A stretch of DNA of 64,000 nt, from positions 64,001-128,000 of the IMG/VR virus record IMGVR_UViG_3300025389_000010; one strand, 5' to 3'. The notes beneath the pieces were generated by a model. It did not search any database. It worked only from the letters and a program-made list of their open reading frames with translations, and was not told the origin of the DNA. Made by a program: the position numbers and the translations under genes. This document shows positions 10,367-19,474 of this stretch, one piece after another. The stretch's first letter is position 1, and every line of letters begins with the position of its first letter. The stretch comes from a virus (lineage: Duplodnaviria; Caudoviricetes).

Positions 10367-11110
10367 TTAATTGTTTCCAAAAACAGATTCAAAATCTTTT
10401 AATAATTGTGTATTTTGATTAACTATGGGGCTTGTACCATCATAATCAAAATAATCAGATGTTATCGTATATATTTTCTTTATAGGATCTTGTGCTTTTT
10501 TAAATAACCATCCTTTTATTGTAAAAGTTGTATCTGCTGTTATTCTAAAAGGCTGTGTTGGACCTAAATCCTGTGGATATGATAAATTTATACTTCCACT
10601 CCATAAAACTTCACTTCTTATTTCATATGGTATGTTTGAATCTTCATTGTTTGGTAATTTCCATGAAATTACAACATATGGATCATTATATGGTATAAAA
10701 TTACTTAATATTTGATCCATATCTAATTGATATCTTGTTACAATACTCATATTAACCGTAATATTGATTGGAACCGGTTGTAAAACATTTTTTAATAGTG
10801 TACCAGTAATATCTTTTTGTTCTGTATTAATCAAAAAACCTTCATTTTTATTAAAAACACGACTTTGATCTCTTGCTATACCACCAATACTAACTGCAAT
10901 TACAGGAACTGTTAAACCGCCGGGTGCTGGATTTTTTAAACTATTATAAACTCTTTGTTTTGGAGAATATACGTATAATACTTTAAAACCACTTGCTGGC
11001 GGTACTATAGTATTCGCATGATCATATCTTTTAATGACAACATCATTGAAAGCACCAATAAATTGTTCAAGTAATGTTTGGATTTCAAATCCAAATGTAT
11101 AATTTTTCAT
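10367..11110 (-). CDS. gp15: T4-like tail sheath stabiliser/completion protein
   Basis: FIGAFNDVVIKR, YSPKQ, PVIAVSIGGIARDQSR, QPVPINITVNMSIVTRYQLDMDQILSNFIPY. Confidence 0.85.
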   Translation of the reverse strand: MKNYTFGFEIQTLLEQFIGAFNDVVIKRYDHANTIVPPASGFKVLYVYSPKQRVYNSLKNPAPGGLTVPVIAVSIGGIARDQSRVFNKNEGFLINTEQKDITGTLLKNVLQPVPINITVNMSIVTRYQLDMDQILSNFIPYNDPYVVISWKLPNNEDSNIPYEIRSEVLWSGSINLSYPQDLGPTQPFRITADTTFTIKGWLFKKAQDPIKKIYTITSDYFDYDGTSPIVNQNTQLLKDFESVFGNN

Positions 11111-11116
11111 TCATAT

Positions 11117-11368
11117 CTACTTATCAAGATTATGAAGATCTTTAATCAAACTAATATCAATTTTCTTTTTGATACAATTACAAATTTCGTAAACTAGTGT
11201 GTTTTTATCTCTTCCGATATAACCTCTATTGTAACATTTTGAACAATTTCTAGGTTTTTCTAATAATGGAATTTGACCATCATCAAGTAATTTGATATCT
11301 TTTTCAGGAACTTCATAAAAGGTTCCGGAAAAAACACTATATATTTGTTTAGTTTTCGCTGTTGGCAT
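11117..11368 (-). CDS. Small Cys-containing hypothetical protein
   Basis: CSKCYNRG..CNC possible Zn site. Confidence 0.55.
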   Translation of the reverse strand: MPTAKTKQIYSVFSGTFYEVPEKDIKLLDDGQIPLLEKPRNCSKCYNRGYIGRDKNTLVYEICNCIKKKIDISLIKDLHNLDK

Positions 11369-11711
11369 TTATCAATAATATACTATCCCAAAACTTATTT
11401 CCACTTATTTTTTTAGGATATACGATTAAATTTGTCTCAATCTCAGGTGCATGTTTTGCAAGAGTTTTGATTCTATAATCAAAATATATAAGATTTTCTT
11501 TTTCGTGTATTTCAACGCCATAAGGTATTGGTATTTCTATTTTTTCTTTATCTTTTTTTAAAGTATTTATCACAAAAGTTATGAAGAAGTTTTTTTGATA
11601 AAAAAGAATAAGTTTTCCTTGTTTTAAAGATTTATTTTTAATTTCTAAATCAATATTTTTTTGAAGTAAAAATTTACAAGCTTTTTCTATTTCCGTTCCA
11701 TGTATTGTCAT
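11349..11711 (-). CDS. Hypothetical protein
   Basis: 120-aa ORF in operon-like string. Confidence 0.55.
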   Translation of the reverse strand: MTIHGTEIEKACKFLLQKNIDLEIKNKSLKQGKLILFYQKNFFITFVINTLKKDKEKIEIPIPYGVEIHEKENLIYFDYRIKTLAKHAPEIETNLIVYPKKISGNKFWDSILLINANSEN

Positions 11712-12088
11712 TATATTAACATAAATGTCTGCTTCTCAGCATGAGACATATTTTTTATTTTCTTATCAAAGTAATTTATAAAATCTCTTTCTGGAATAGA
11801 ATTCATTAATTTTACAGCATCAACTGGAACGTTTCTCCACTCTTGCATCATTATGTCCCAAACTGTTATGAGACCTTTTGATGGTGCACTATATGGTGGA
11901 TCATGTTTTGGTTTTTTAAAATTTAAAGTTGCTGCACCAAAAGGAGAATATAAAAGATAATCACTAAGTGTACAAAGCATTCTTCTTGTTGTTACATTTG
12001 TCCATTTTGCTTTGTTTCTTCTGACAAATTGTATTTCTAATACATTTGATTTTAACTGTTTAAATAAATCAATATAACTTATTGCCAC
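11711..12088 (-). CDS. SH3/Sm-like WYL_2 (DUF2693-like) phage protein
   Basis: LEIQFVRR..RRMLCTL...ITVWDIMMQEWRNVPVDAVK. Confidence 0.55.
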   Translation of the reverse strand: MAISYIDLFKQLKSNVLEIQFVRRNKAKWTNVTTRRMLCTLSDYLLYSPFGAATLNFKKPKHDPPYSAPSKGLITVWDIMMQEWRNVPVDAVKLMNSIPERDFINYFDKKIKNMSHAEKQTFMLI

Positions 12089-12091
12089 TTA

Positions 12092-12499
12092 TTATTTATC
12101 CTTTTTAGATTTTTTAGTTTGTTCTTTAGATTCACAAATTCCAAAAATCCTACTTTCATTCAAGAAAACAATATGCTTCAAATCATTAAGATTTGCTACT
12201 TGTATCCCTTTATCATTTGGAAAAACAATAACATCACCTTCTTTGACTGTTCTGCAATCAGGTCCAGCAAGAATAACCTTTGCCAACCTCCATGTAAAAT
12301 TAACAGTATGAATAGGAACAAAAATACTACCTCTTTTAATTTCTGTACCATCTTCACTAACGTCGATATATTGACACATCAATATGTCATCCAAAACTTT
12401 TGTAAGATTCCAATCATCGAGTGCAAATGCATGTCCTAAATAATTGTCTAATTGTACTTTGCCGCCGATTCTGTCTTCTTGTGCTGGTCTTGGTATCAT
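12092..12499 (-). CDS. groES: GroES/Cpn10-like co-chaperonin
   Basis: KRGSIFVP..AKVILAGPDCRTVKEGDVIVFP...VFLNESRIFGI. Confidence 0.8.
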   Translation of the reverse strand: MIPRPAQEDRIGGKVQLDNYLGHAFALDDWNLTKVLDDILMCQYIDVSEDGTEIKRGSIFVPIHTVNFTWRLAKVILAGPDCRTVKEGDVIVFPNDKGIQVANLNDLKHIVFLNESRIFGICESKEQTKKSKKDK

Positions 12500-12507
12500 A
12501 TGTGTTT

Positions 12508-12879
12508 TTATTTACTAACGTTATCAATTTCTGCAAGTGTATTCTTGAAATATTCTATTTCTCTAATTGAACATTCCATTAACGTAGCTAAATCATGATT
12601 ATCTTCTTCGTCTTTTTCATGATTTGGCTTCTTGATATAAGAAATTCTTTTTGAAAATTTAGGTAACATTGCCCTATAAAAATATTGCACATTAAACTCA
12701 TTTTTAACACTAAACCACTTATTCGTTGTTAAGTTTATAAGCTTTGCAATCGGTGCGTTTGTCATAGACAACCACCGATTAACCAAAAAATTAGGAACAT
12801 TATAATTTAAAACAGGTTCATCTGATTGTTTTAAAATATAATTTAAAAAATCAAAGAGTCTATTATCCTTGTTTATCAT
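12508..12879 (-). CDS. gp62: Clamp-loader small subunit-like (T4 gp62)
   Basis: FDFLNYI, FLVNRWLSM, QYFYRAMLPK..ISYIKK, LATLMECSIRE. Confidence 0.65.
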   Translation of the reverse strand: MINKDNRLFDFLNYILKQSDEPVLNYNVPNFLVNRWLSMTNAPIAKLINLTTNKWFSVKNEFNVQYFYRAMLPKFSKRISYIKKPNHEKDEEDNHDLATLMECSIREIEYFKNTLAEIDNVSK

Positions 12880-13546
12880 TTCTATATAATTTTATAAATT
12901 TATCAGCACTTTTTCTCCATTCTATTGTTGTCATACTGTCACCCAAGCCAAAATGAACAACTTTTATTGGCGTAACACCCATCTTAAGCTTGTTTTTATT
13001 AGCATTCAAGCAAAATGTTATATCATAATGATGAAAATCAAAATTTTCATCAAATGTTGTTTTAGTTTCAAGTAATCTTTCGACGTTTACTGCTATAAAC
13101 AATCCATCCATTATCAAAACCCTTGATTCGGTTGGACCAAATACAGTAGTCCATGTTTTGCTTTCGTGTGAATGTGAAACTTCGCCGCAAAAATCTTCTT
13201 TATCAGCCATTAAATGCCAAGCTGGTGTTTTTTCCAAATTGCATTTCTTTGCACCTGCTAAACCAACAATATCATATTTTGTAAATGCAATATTTAATTT
13301 TTCTTCAAGAAATAAATCTTCTATTAAAACATCATCATGTACAAATATTACTTTTTTATGACTAAAAGATTCAGATATAAATCTATTATATAATTTTGTT
13401 AATCCTTTATTGTTATTATAAAATACTGATGCGTTTTTAAAATTGTCACTTTTTTCCAAATAAGTACAAATTGGAGTATTTCTAAAATCAGATTTAGATT
13501 TTCGTGTAGCTATGACAAAATGATATTTATTTTCAGAAATAGACAT
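12863..13546 (-). CDS. Glycosyltransferase-like (GT-A) protein
   Basis: VIFVHDDV, DIVGLAG, MDGLFIAV, FDENFDFHHYDITFCL. Confidence 0.75.
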   Translation of the reverse strand: MSISENKYHFVIATRKSKSDFRNTPICTYLEKSDNFKNASVFYNNNKGLTKLYNRFISESFSHKKVIFVHDDVLIEDLFLEEKLNIAFTKYDIVGLAGAKKCNLEKTPAWHLMADKEDFCGEVSHSHESKTWTTVFGPTESRVLIMDGLFIAVNVERLLETKTTFDENFDFHHYDITFCLNANKNKLKMGVTPIKVVHFGLGDSMTTIEWRKSADKFIKLYRNDKQG

Positions 13547-13553
13547 ATTCTTG

Positions 13554-13567
13554 TATAAATATAAATA
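13554..13567 (+). promoter_or_regulatory. Tandem T4 late promoter TATAAATA
   Basis: TATAAATA at 13554-13561 and 13560-13567, ending 6 nt before ATG 13574. Confidence 0.65.
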
Positions 13568-13573
13568 TCAGAT

Positions 13574-14209
13574 ATGGCAATTAAATCAAAGAAAAAAAGT
13601 TTAAAACCAAAAAAATTGGTTAAAAAGACCCCAAAAAACATTGTTCCTTCTTCTCCAAAGAAAGTTCAAAATGAAGTTTCTAGAATTCTTACACAAAATA
13701 AAGAAAGAATGAATCTCAAAGAAGGTCATATTCCATTTGCTTCAAGATTTTTAGCCTCTTTGTTAAAAGAACAAGAAGAAACTCTTCCAACACCACCTGT
13801 TGGTGATGATGAAATCAAAACTCCGGATAAATTTACACCAGAAGGTGATAAAGAGGCTTTTGATAAGTCATTAGAGCCTGAAACAGATAAAGATGAATTT
13901 GAGACACAAGGTGTTTCGCCTGATGTTACTTCACAGACAATAAACAGCATCAGAGAATGGTCCGTAAAACTTGATCAGTTTGCCGAATTCTTAAATGATC
14001 CTTCATCAAAGTCACTTCACAAAATTCTTGCTGATGGTGACAGAGCAGGTAGTTTGCTTCGTGGTGTAACTAGAAAAGCATCTGATTCTATCACTCGTAT
14101 TGCCGGTGAAGTTGAGAAACTTAAAGAAATTCTCAATACCTATATTATCACTGCTCCTAAAAAGCTTCGTGATACGGAACAGCAGACTGCTGGTTGGACA
14201 CAATACTAA
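13574..14209 (+). CDS. Hypothetical late protein (possible internal head protein)
   Basis: 211 aa, basic N-terminus, acidic middle, coiled-coil C-terminus. Confidence 0.6.
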   Translation: MAIKSKKKSLKPKKLVKKTPKNIVPSSPKKVQNEVSRILTQNKERMNLKEGHIPFASRFLASLLKEQEETLPTPPVGDDEIKTPDKFTPEGDKEAFDKSLEPETDKDEFETQGVSPDVTSQTINSIREWSVKLDQFAEFLNDPSSKSLHKILADGDRAGSLLRGVTRKASDSITRIAGEVEKLKEILNTYIITAPKKLRDTEQQTAGWTQY

Positions 14210-15165
14210 AATACGTTATCAATTATAATTTGATAATCTATTTCGTTTAAATCCTCAAATAGTGCCATCTCGTTGAAGTCTTTGTAGGCCATTCTCGGTT
14301 TCCATTTAAAAACCGTTTCATTGCTAACTAGTAATTGCTTGGTTTTTTCATGTGCAGAATCATCAAAACTTGGATTATCCAAAACCCATATCCTTTTATG
14401 AAAGGGAAACTCCAAAAGCTGTCTTTCCTGTATTCTACTCATCGTTAAACCTGCTAAACTTACTCCATTTTTAACAAACATTGCATCTATTGGCCCTTCA
14501 AACATGAATATATAGGGAATATCGTTTGATACACGATCTATACCAAATACTGTCTTGTCTGAACCGTATTTCCCCAAATATCTAGGTTCTGTTTTATCAA
14601 TAGATCTTGTTTGGTAGAAAACTATCTTTTTAGATCTATCGTAAAAAGGAATACAGAGTCGATTCTTATGTGAAAAATCAGTAAGACTTAAAAATAAATT
14701 TGGAGATTTATTAATAGCAGTATCTAGTCTTCTATTTTTAGCATATTCCAATGCCTGATTGAATATTTTGTTATTACTATAGTATTTTTGCTGAACAACA
14801 TCAAAAATGTTTATAGAATCATAAGGCAAATCAGGAACTTCACGTTTAAATGTTTTATTTTCCGTTATCTTGTTTGATATATCAGTTGAATATTCATTTG
14901 ATAGAATTTCATTATCAAGTTCTTCCTTTGATAAATTACATACGTTTGTAATCCACGAATAAGCCGACCATGTCTTTGAACAATTGAAGCAATGAAAGGT
15001 ATTTGAAGACGGATAAAAGAAAAGTCTCTTCTTTTTACCGTAACTTTTACCTTCTTTACATACAGGGCATCCCGCATTATAGGTATTGTCTTGCTTCCTA
15101 TATGTTGGATCGTAAGAATGAGCCAAAAATTTATTTAAAACGTAACTTTCCGGTATTTTAGGCAT
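14206..15165 (-). CDS. gp61: DNA primase (T4 gp61-like)
   Basis: Zn ribbon CPVC..HCFNC; TOPRIM FEGPIDAMFV; KDFNEM. Confidence 0.92.
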   Translation of the reverse strand: MPKIPESYVLNKFLAHSYDPTYRKQDNTYNAGCPVCKEGKSYGKKKRLFFYPSSNTFHCFNCSKTWSAYSWITNVCNLSKEELDNEILSNEYSTDISNKITENKTFKREVPDLPYDSINIFDVVQQKYYSNNKIFNQALEYAKNRRLDTAINKSPNLFLSLTDFSHKNRLCIPFYDRSKKIVFYQTRSIDKTEPRYLGKYGSDKTVFGIDRVSNDIPYIFMFEGPIDAMFVKNGVSLAGLTMSRIQERQLLEFPFHKRIWVLDNPSFDDSAHEKTKQLLVSNETVFKWKPRMAYKDFNEMALFEDLNEIDYQIIIDNVF

Positions 15166-15172
15166 AGTACTG

Positions 15173-15200
15173 ATTATAAAATCAGTATAATTTAAGTCAA
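15173..15200 (-). promoter_or_regulatory. Sigma70-type promoter TTGACT-N16-TATAAT (primase)
   Basis: Perfect -10, 7 nt before ATG; overlapped by inverted repeat 15168-15187. Confidence 0.75.
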
Positions 15201-15203
15201 GCC

Positions 15204-15623
15204 TTAATATTCAGGAGAAAGATCATCTGTTAATTCAGATGTTTCTGTGGGTTCTTGTTGAACCGGCTCCGGTTCTACCTTTTTAGGTTTTTCATATTCA
15301 TTAAAAGGTGAATCTGCTCTATTTTTTAGAAATTCATAAAACATTCTTGCATAACCGTCTGCAATTTGACCTTTTCCTTTATCCATCATGATAAGTTTCA
15401 CGTGTTTCATGAAATCTTTTGGAGTATAAACATGACTTCCGCTAAGTTCATCTGCAATGGCACCAAAATGTCCCTTATCGTGAATATGTAAATGATGTTT
15501 TTTATCTATTTCTGAAATATGTTGCTTTACTTTATCAACATTAATAGTAAAAGGTTTGTCTTTATCTGCCTTTCTACCTTCAGTTATTATAGAATCACAA
15601 AAATTATCGAATTTTTTAAGCAT
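15204..15623 (-). CDS. Hypothetical late protein (possible internal head protein)
   Basis: MLKKFDNFCDSIITE N-terminus; TAAGTA at 15629-15634. Confidence 0.6.
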   Translation of the reverse strand: MLKKFDNFCDSIITEGRKADKDKPFTINVDKVKQHISEIDKKHHLHIHDKGHFGAIADELSGSHVYTPKDFMKHVKLIMMDKGKGQIADGYARMFYEFLKNRADSPFNEYEKPKKVEPEPVQQEPTETSELTDDLSPEY

Positions 15624-15637
15624 GTTTATACTTATCT

Positions 15638-16282
15638 TTAGATATTATCATTAATAATATCAGTTATAAGACTTTGCTCTTCGCCATAACAACCACCGGA
15701 TTCGGTTATATAAAATTCTGTCATCTTTATTCTCTCTTCAGGGTTGCCGTATATCTCAATAATTGCAGGTGAATCACCAGCAGGGAAAATTCTACCATCA
15801 CCTTTATGATAACATTGCTGAAGAACCTTAAATATATTATCAATTTCTTCCCTAAAGACAGGATCAACAGATCTAAATCCATCATCCTGTAAATCAACTT
15901 CTGAAAATTTCGTAATCGGTAAAAAGAAAAGAATATCGTATAATCTAAGAGCTTCTCTTGCAATAACTCTTTGTGTATCAAGAAAATCTTCTGATACAAG
16001 ACCCTTTAAATTCAACCACATTGTATAAGCCAAACAATCAAGAACTGATCTATCTAAAATAACATTATCTTTCTTTGAATATTTGGTAGCCTGATCAACT
16101 AAAAAGTTCATTATGAACTCTTGAGTCTCTTGTGTTGAATTCTCACTATGAGAAAGATTCTTTTCTTTCAAAGCTTCTCTATATGACTCTTTGGGTGTCT
16201 CATACATCGACCACTTTTTAAGAAAGTCTTTAATATAAGTTGACTTGCCGATACATTGTGTTCCTATTACTGCTATTTTCAT
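15638..16282 (-). CDS. P-loop NTPase, AAA_28/NadR-Ttd14-like kinase
   Basis: MKIAVIGTQCIGKST Walker A; ILDRSVLDCLAY; YDILFFLP. Confidence 0.8.
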   Translation of the reverse strand: MKIAVIGTQCIGKSTYIKDFLKKWSMYETPKESYREALKEKNLSHSENSTQETQEFIMNFLVDQATKYSKKDNVILDRSVLDCLAYTMWLNLKGLVSEDFLDTQRVIAREALRLYDILFFLPITKFSEVDLQDDGFRSVDPVFREEIDNIFKVLQQCYHKGDGRIFPAGDSPAIIEIYGNPEERIKMTEFYITESGGCYGEEQSLITDIINDNI

Positions 16283-16587
16283 TATAATGATTGTGCTTGG
16301 TTTATGATTTCTTCCTGATTCTTTTTAATTTCTGGAAAAATTTCCATTATCTCAGTTGAGTGTTCATCGTGAAAACTAATATTTTGACCCTCATACAAAT
16401 AAACATTTTCTAAAAAAATATCAGGAAAAAATTGTCTGATTTTCTTCGCAAGATCGAAAGCTCTTAATGAATCTTCTTTATACCAATTGGCACAAACATC
16501 AGTTGATGATGAAAAAAGAAGAGATTCTAAAATTGTTGCAATTTCTTCTTTGGTTAAAGAATTTATCGAATACGATTTATTTGTCAT
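16282..16587 (-). CDS. Hypothetical protein
   Basis: ATG at 16587 preferred over TTG 16611 because it lies 7 nt after a TTGATT-N16-TAAAAT promoter (16595-16622). Confidence 0.6.
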   Translation of the reverse strand: MTNKSYSINSLTKEEIATILESLLFSSSTDVCANWYKEDSLRAFDLAKKIRQFFPDIFLENVYLYEGQNISFHDEHSTEIMEIFPEIKKNQEEIINQAQSL

Positions 16588-16630
16588 GTTTTTTATTTTA
16601 TATAAAAACAATAATAAATCAACTTATATT

Positions 16631-17032
16631 TTAATCACCTTCTGTATTATTTGGATTTGATGCAAATAATGAATTAAGAGAATCTAAATTTTTATCAAGA
16701 TTATCTTTATTAATAGCAGAATCTAAACTCGTAAAATTTTCATTATTTCTAATTGAATCCAATGTATTATTTGGATTAGAAACAAATTCTTTAAAATTAT
16801 TAATCATTTGAGAAACATTGTTAATGTGACTATCAAGTTGTGTCTTATAATCATTTTCATTAACTTCAGGAATACCGCTTTCATCGCTTGTTCCTTCTGG
16901 TGGAGAATCCTGTCCAATTGGATTTTCGGGTGTAGCGGTTTCAGGTTGTTCACCCGTTGCAGTGTCTTGCTCTAAATTATCTTCACCGAGAAGGCTGCGA
17001 ACTTGTTCATAAAGTTTAATAAATTTACTCAT
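16631..17032 (-). CDS. Acidic hypothetical late protein (possible internal head protein)
   Basis: MSKFIKLYEQVRSLLGE N-terminus; TAAATA at 17042-17047. Confidence 0.6.
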   Translation of the reverse strand: MSKFIKLYEQVRSLLGEDNLEQDTATGEQPETATPENPIGQDSPPEGTSDESGIPEVNENDYKTQLDSHINNVSQMINNFKEFVSNPNNTLDSIRNNENFTSLDSAINKDNLDKNLDSLNSLFASNPNNTEGD

Positions 17033-17141
17033 AATGTATAATATTTATCTTAGTTTATGCAAAATCAAAAAATAAACCAAACAATAGGTGGTTGTATTTC
17101 TTTAATCAAGTTCCAAATTTTCTTTAACATAAAAATATTTA

Positions 17142-17169
17142 TTGACATATCGTTCCAATATCATATATT
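17142..17169 (+). promoter_or_regulatory. Sigma70-type promoter TTGACA-N16-TATATT (ho1-bilin reductase)
   Basis: Perfect -35; -10 ends 6 nt before ATG 17176. Confidence 0.7.
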
Positions 17170-17175
17170 AATTAT

Positions 17176-17721
17176 ATGAACTTTCAAGAAAAACTTAAAA
17201 ACGAAACTAAAATCAATCACGATGCAGCCGAGCAACATCCTTTTAATGAGCAATTGATGAAAGGTGAACTTCCTGATCAAAAATATTACCTTTATTTAAA
17301 AAATATTGTTCCCGTTTATGATTATATTGAAAAGCGTTTGAGTTTTAATGGTGAACTCATTAGATCCACTTTGATTTATAATGATATTTCCGCTTATGCA
17401 AAAGATGGTTGTACAAATGGCCCTTTAAATTACTTTGTTTATGATTGGATGAATGTTCTTGCTCAAAAGAGCAATGTTCAGCTTCTTTCTGAAGTATATG
17501 TCGAGTGGCTTAAGGATGTATATGGTGGACAAATCATTTCAAAGTTTGTTAAATTCAACAGTCATCTTAAATTCAGCAACCAAAAGGAAACAATCGGTAA
17601 CGTAAGAGGATTGTTGGCATCTATAACACCTGAACTTGAAAAAGATTTTATTTTTGAAGTCAACAGGACTTATATTAATCACTATAATTTGATGGACAGC
17701 ATAATGTACGGATCAAAATGA
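17176..17721 (+). CDS. ho1: Heme oxygenase (biliverdin-producing)
   Basis: LKNETKINHDAAEQHPF with proximal His; YYLYL..I..VY..IE; distal helix YVEWLKDVYGGQII (cf. GDLSGGQ). Confidence 0.85.
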   Translation: MNFQEKLKNETKINHDAAEQHPFNEQLMKGELPDQKYYLYLKNIVPVYDYIEKRLSFNGELIRSTLIYNDISAYAKDGCTNGPLNYFVYDWMNVLAQKSNVQLLSEVYVEWLKDVYGGQIISKFVKFNSHLKFSNQKETIGNVRGLLASITPELEKDFIFEVNRTYINHYNLMDSIMYGSK

Positions 17722-18398
17722 TTAAAGAACTTCATGATGAGTATAAAAAACTCGCAGACCAATCGTTCCAAAGATTTGAACTCCATTTTCAACCAGATGG
17801 TTCAGACATCATATGGGAAAACAACATATATCAATCTCCTAGCATTAGGTATGGTCATTTGGAACATTTCAGATCCCCAAATGGTAAGGTTGAAGTCATG
17901 CATTGTGTCTTCTTTCCATCTTTTTTTAAACCACTTCCTATTTTTGGATTTGATATCATCGCATTAAACGAAACTATTACGGGTATTTTCTGTGATTTTA
18001 CTCGTGCTCCTTTTGAAATAGAAGCATTGGCTCGTTCTCTAAAAGATTTAAAGCATGAATATAAAGATCATTTAAGGACACTTCCTGAATGGGCTAATTT
18101 TTTTTCTGAAAATTTTGTATGTATTCGTCCAGATGGTCTTGATCATAAGAAATTGATTGAAGATTTTTCTGGTATATTCAGGTGTTTTATCGGGTATAGT
18201 AACTGGCAGGACTATACTGGCAAGTATAACAGCATGGAAGATGTAAAAACATCCATTAATTTTCAAAATGGTTATTCTTTAAATCAAAGAAAAAATGAAA
18301 AGACATCAAAAGCTCTTGCTGCTTATATTGGAGAAGAAAAGGCCAAAGAATTTATAGAAGAAATCTTATTCCCTGTCTATAGAGAGAACACTTTTTAA
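17718..18398 (+). CDS. pcyA: Ferredoxin-dependent bilin reductase, PcyA/PcyX family
   Basis: ENNIYQSP..R..HLE, MHCVFFP, LPIFGFDI, FSENFVCIRP, NQRKNEKT, ILFP; H47/E49/H62/D79 align with PcyA H74/E76/H88/D105. Family is confident; the subfamily is not. Confidence 0.75.
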   Translation: MIKELHDEYKKLADQSFQRFELHFQPDGSDIIWENNIYQSPSIRYGHLEHFRSPNGKVEVMHCVFFPSFFKPLPIFGFDIIALNETITGIFCDFTRAPFEIEALARSLKDLKHEYKDHLRTLPEWANFFSENFVCIRPDGLDHKKLIEDFSGIFRCFIGYSNWQDYTGKYNSMEDVKTSINFQNGYSLNQRKNEKTSKALAAYIGEEKAKEFIEEILFPVYRENTF

Positions 18399-19006
18399 GA
18401 ACATGACTCTACTAACTTTGCTTCTGCTTCTCTTCGCACAATAAGACCATCAAGGTTTTTACCTTGCCATATTCTTTTCATCTTTCTTAGCTCTTTAGCT
18501 ATACCTTTATAGTCTTTTTTAGGTACTAGATCACGAATATTACGCATTTCCAAACGACTATCACCTATCATTGATGTTCCCCTGTTAAAAACAAGAGAGA
18601 CTATTGCGCCATAGGCATCATCGCAAAGCTCTGACAGCCCCGGAAAAGCTTTTTCTGCTAGTTTTGTAAACTTGGGCCATGTGTACGTATCAAATATTTC
18701 CACGGCTTTATTCCAAGGGATTTCAATACCGTCATTTTTATGTTGATTAGTATATTCTTTGCCAGCTTGACCGGTTTTACCTGATGCATTTTGTACAACT
18801 TTAAGTTTATCAGGAGGTAAAAAGTTAAAAATTTCAGATAATTCATTAAATGTATAGTATCCACAGTCTATACCTATAGCTAATGTCATGCCACTTGCAC
18901 CACCGGGCCATTCTGGTTTAGTCAAATACTTTTCATAGTATTCTTTTCCACCACCTACTTCATATTCAAGAATTAATGCTAATGCTTTTGGTGATGGGGT
19001 TTTCAT
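18395..19006 (-). CDS. Endolysin, lysozyme-like (GH24/pesticin-type muramidase)
   Basis: LILEYEVGG..PEWPGGASGMTLAIGIDCGY; AIVSLVFNRG; GLIVRREAEAKL. Confidence 0.8.
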   Translation of the reverse strand: MKTPSPKALALILEYEVGGGKEYYEKYLTKPEWPGGASGMTLAIGIDCGYYTFNELSEIFNFLPPDKLKVVQNASGKTGQAGKEYTNQHKNDGIEIPWNKAVEIFDTYTWPKFTKLAEKAFPGLSELCDDAYGAIVSLVFNRGTSMIGDSRLEMRNIRDLVPKKDYKGIAKELRKMKRIWQGKNLDGLIVRREAEAKLVESCS

Positions 19007-19467
19007 ACATCCACCTCCGATATATTATAATCATCTTCTTTTGCATTATTGGTTGAAATATTTTCATTCAAATTAACATCTTTTTCTTCACTAGAAGATT
19101 CGCTTTGTGCTTCACCTTCAACACTCGCACTTGAAGAACTATTATAACGAAGATCCACAAGACCTTGTGCTCCTATATAAACCGATATAACTAGACCAAA
19201 TATTTCTATTATCTTTGTGAATATTGTTGAATATGCGGTAACAACAATATCATGATCTCTTGGAATTAAAAAAAGAAACCCAACTGCCATTAGAAACATA
19301 ACAACAATCATTATGATTGCTGAAAATATTACAAAAAACTTTTTAGATGCAAGATGGTTGGTATCTTCCATCTGTTTTTGTAATTCAGGCGGTGTATTAG
19401 GTGGTGCTTTTCCGTTTGTAAGAAAAGCACTAACCGTTTGGCCTATATTTATTAAATTCTCCCACAC
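19003..19467 (-). CDS. Holin-like membrane protein
   Basis: Two hydrophobic segments; directly upstream of and overlapping the endolysin gene. Confidence 0.5.
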   Translation of the reverse strand: MWENLINIGQTVSAFLTNGKAPPNTPPELQKQMEDTNHLASKKFFVIFSAIIMIVVMFLMAVGFLFLIPRDHDIVVTAYSTIFTKIIEIFGLVISVYIGAQGLVDLRYNSSSSASVEGEAQSESSSEEKDVNLNENISTNNAKEDDYNISEVDV

Positions 19468-19474
19468 GTAATAT

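Noticed and set aside
17176-18398. Calling the phage a cyanophage because of ho1/pcyA-like genes
   Set aside because: No photosynthesis AMGs in the window, gene order is unlike cyanomyoviruses, and this cassette type also occurs in non-cyanobacterial phages
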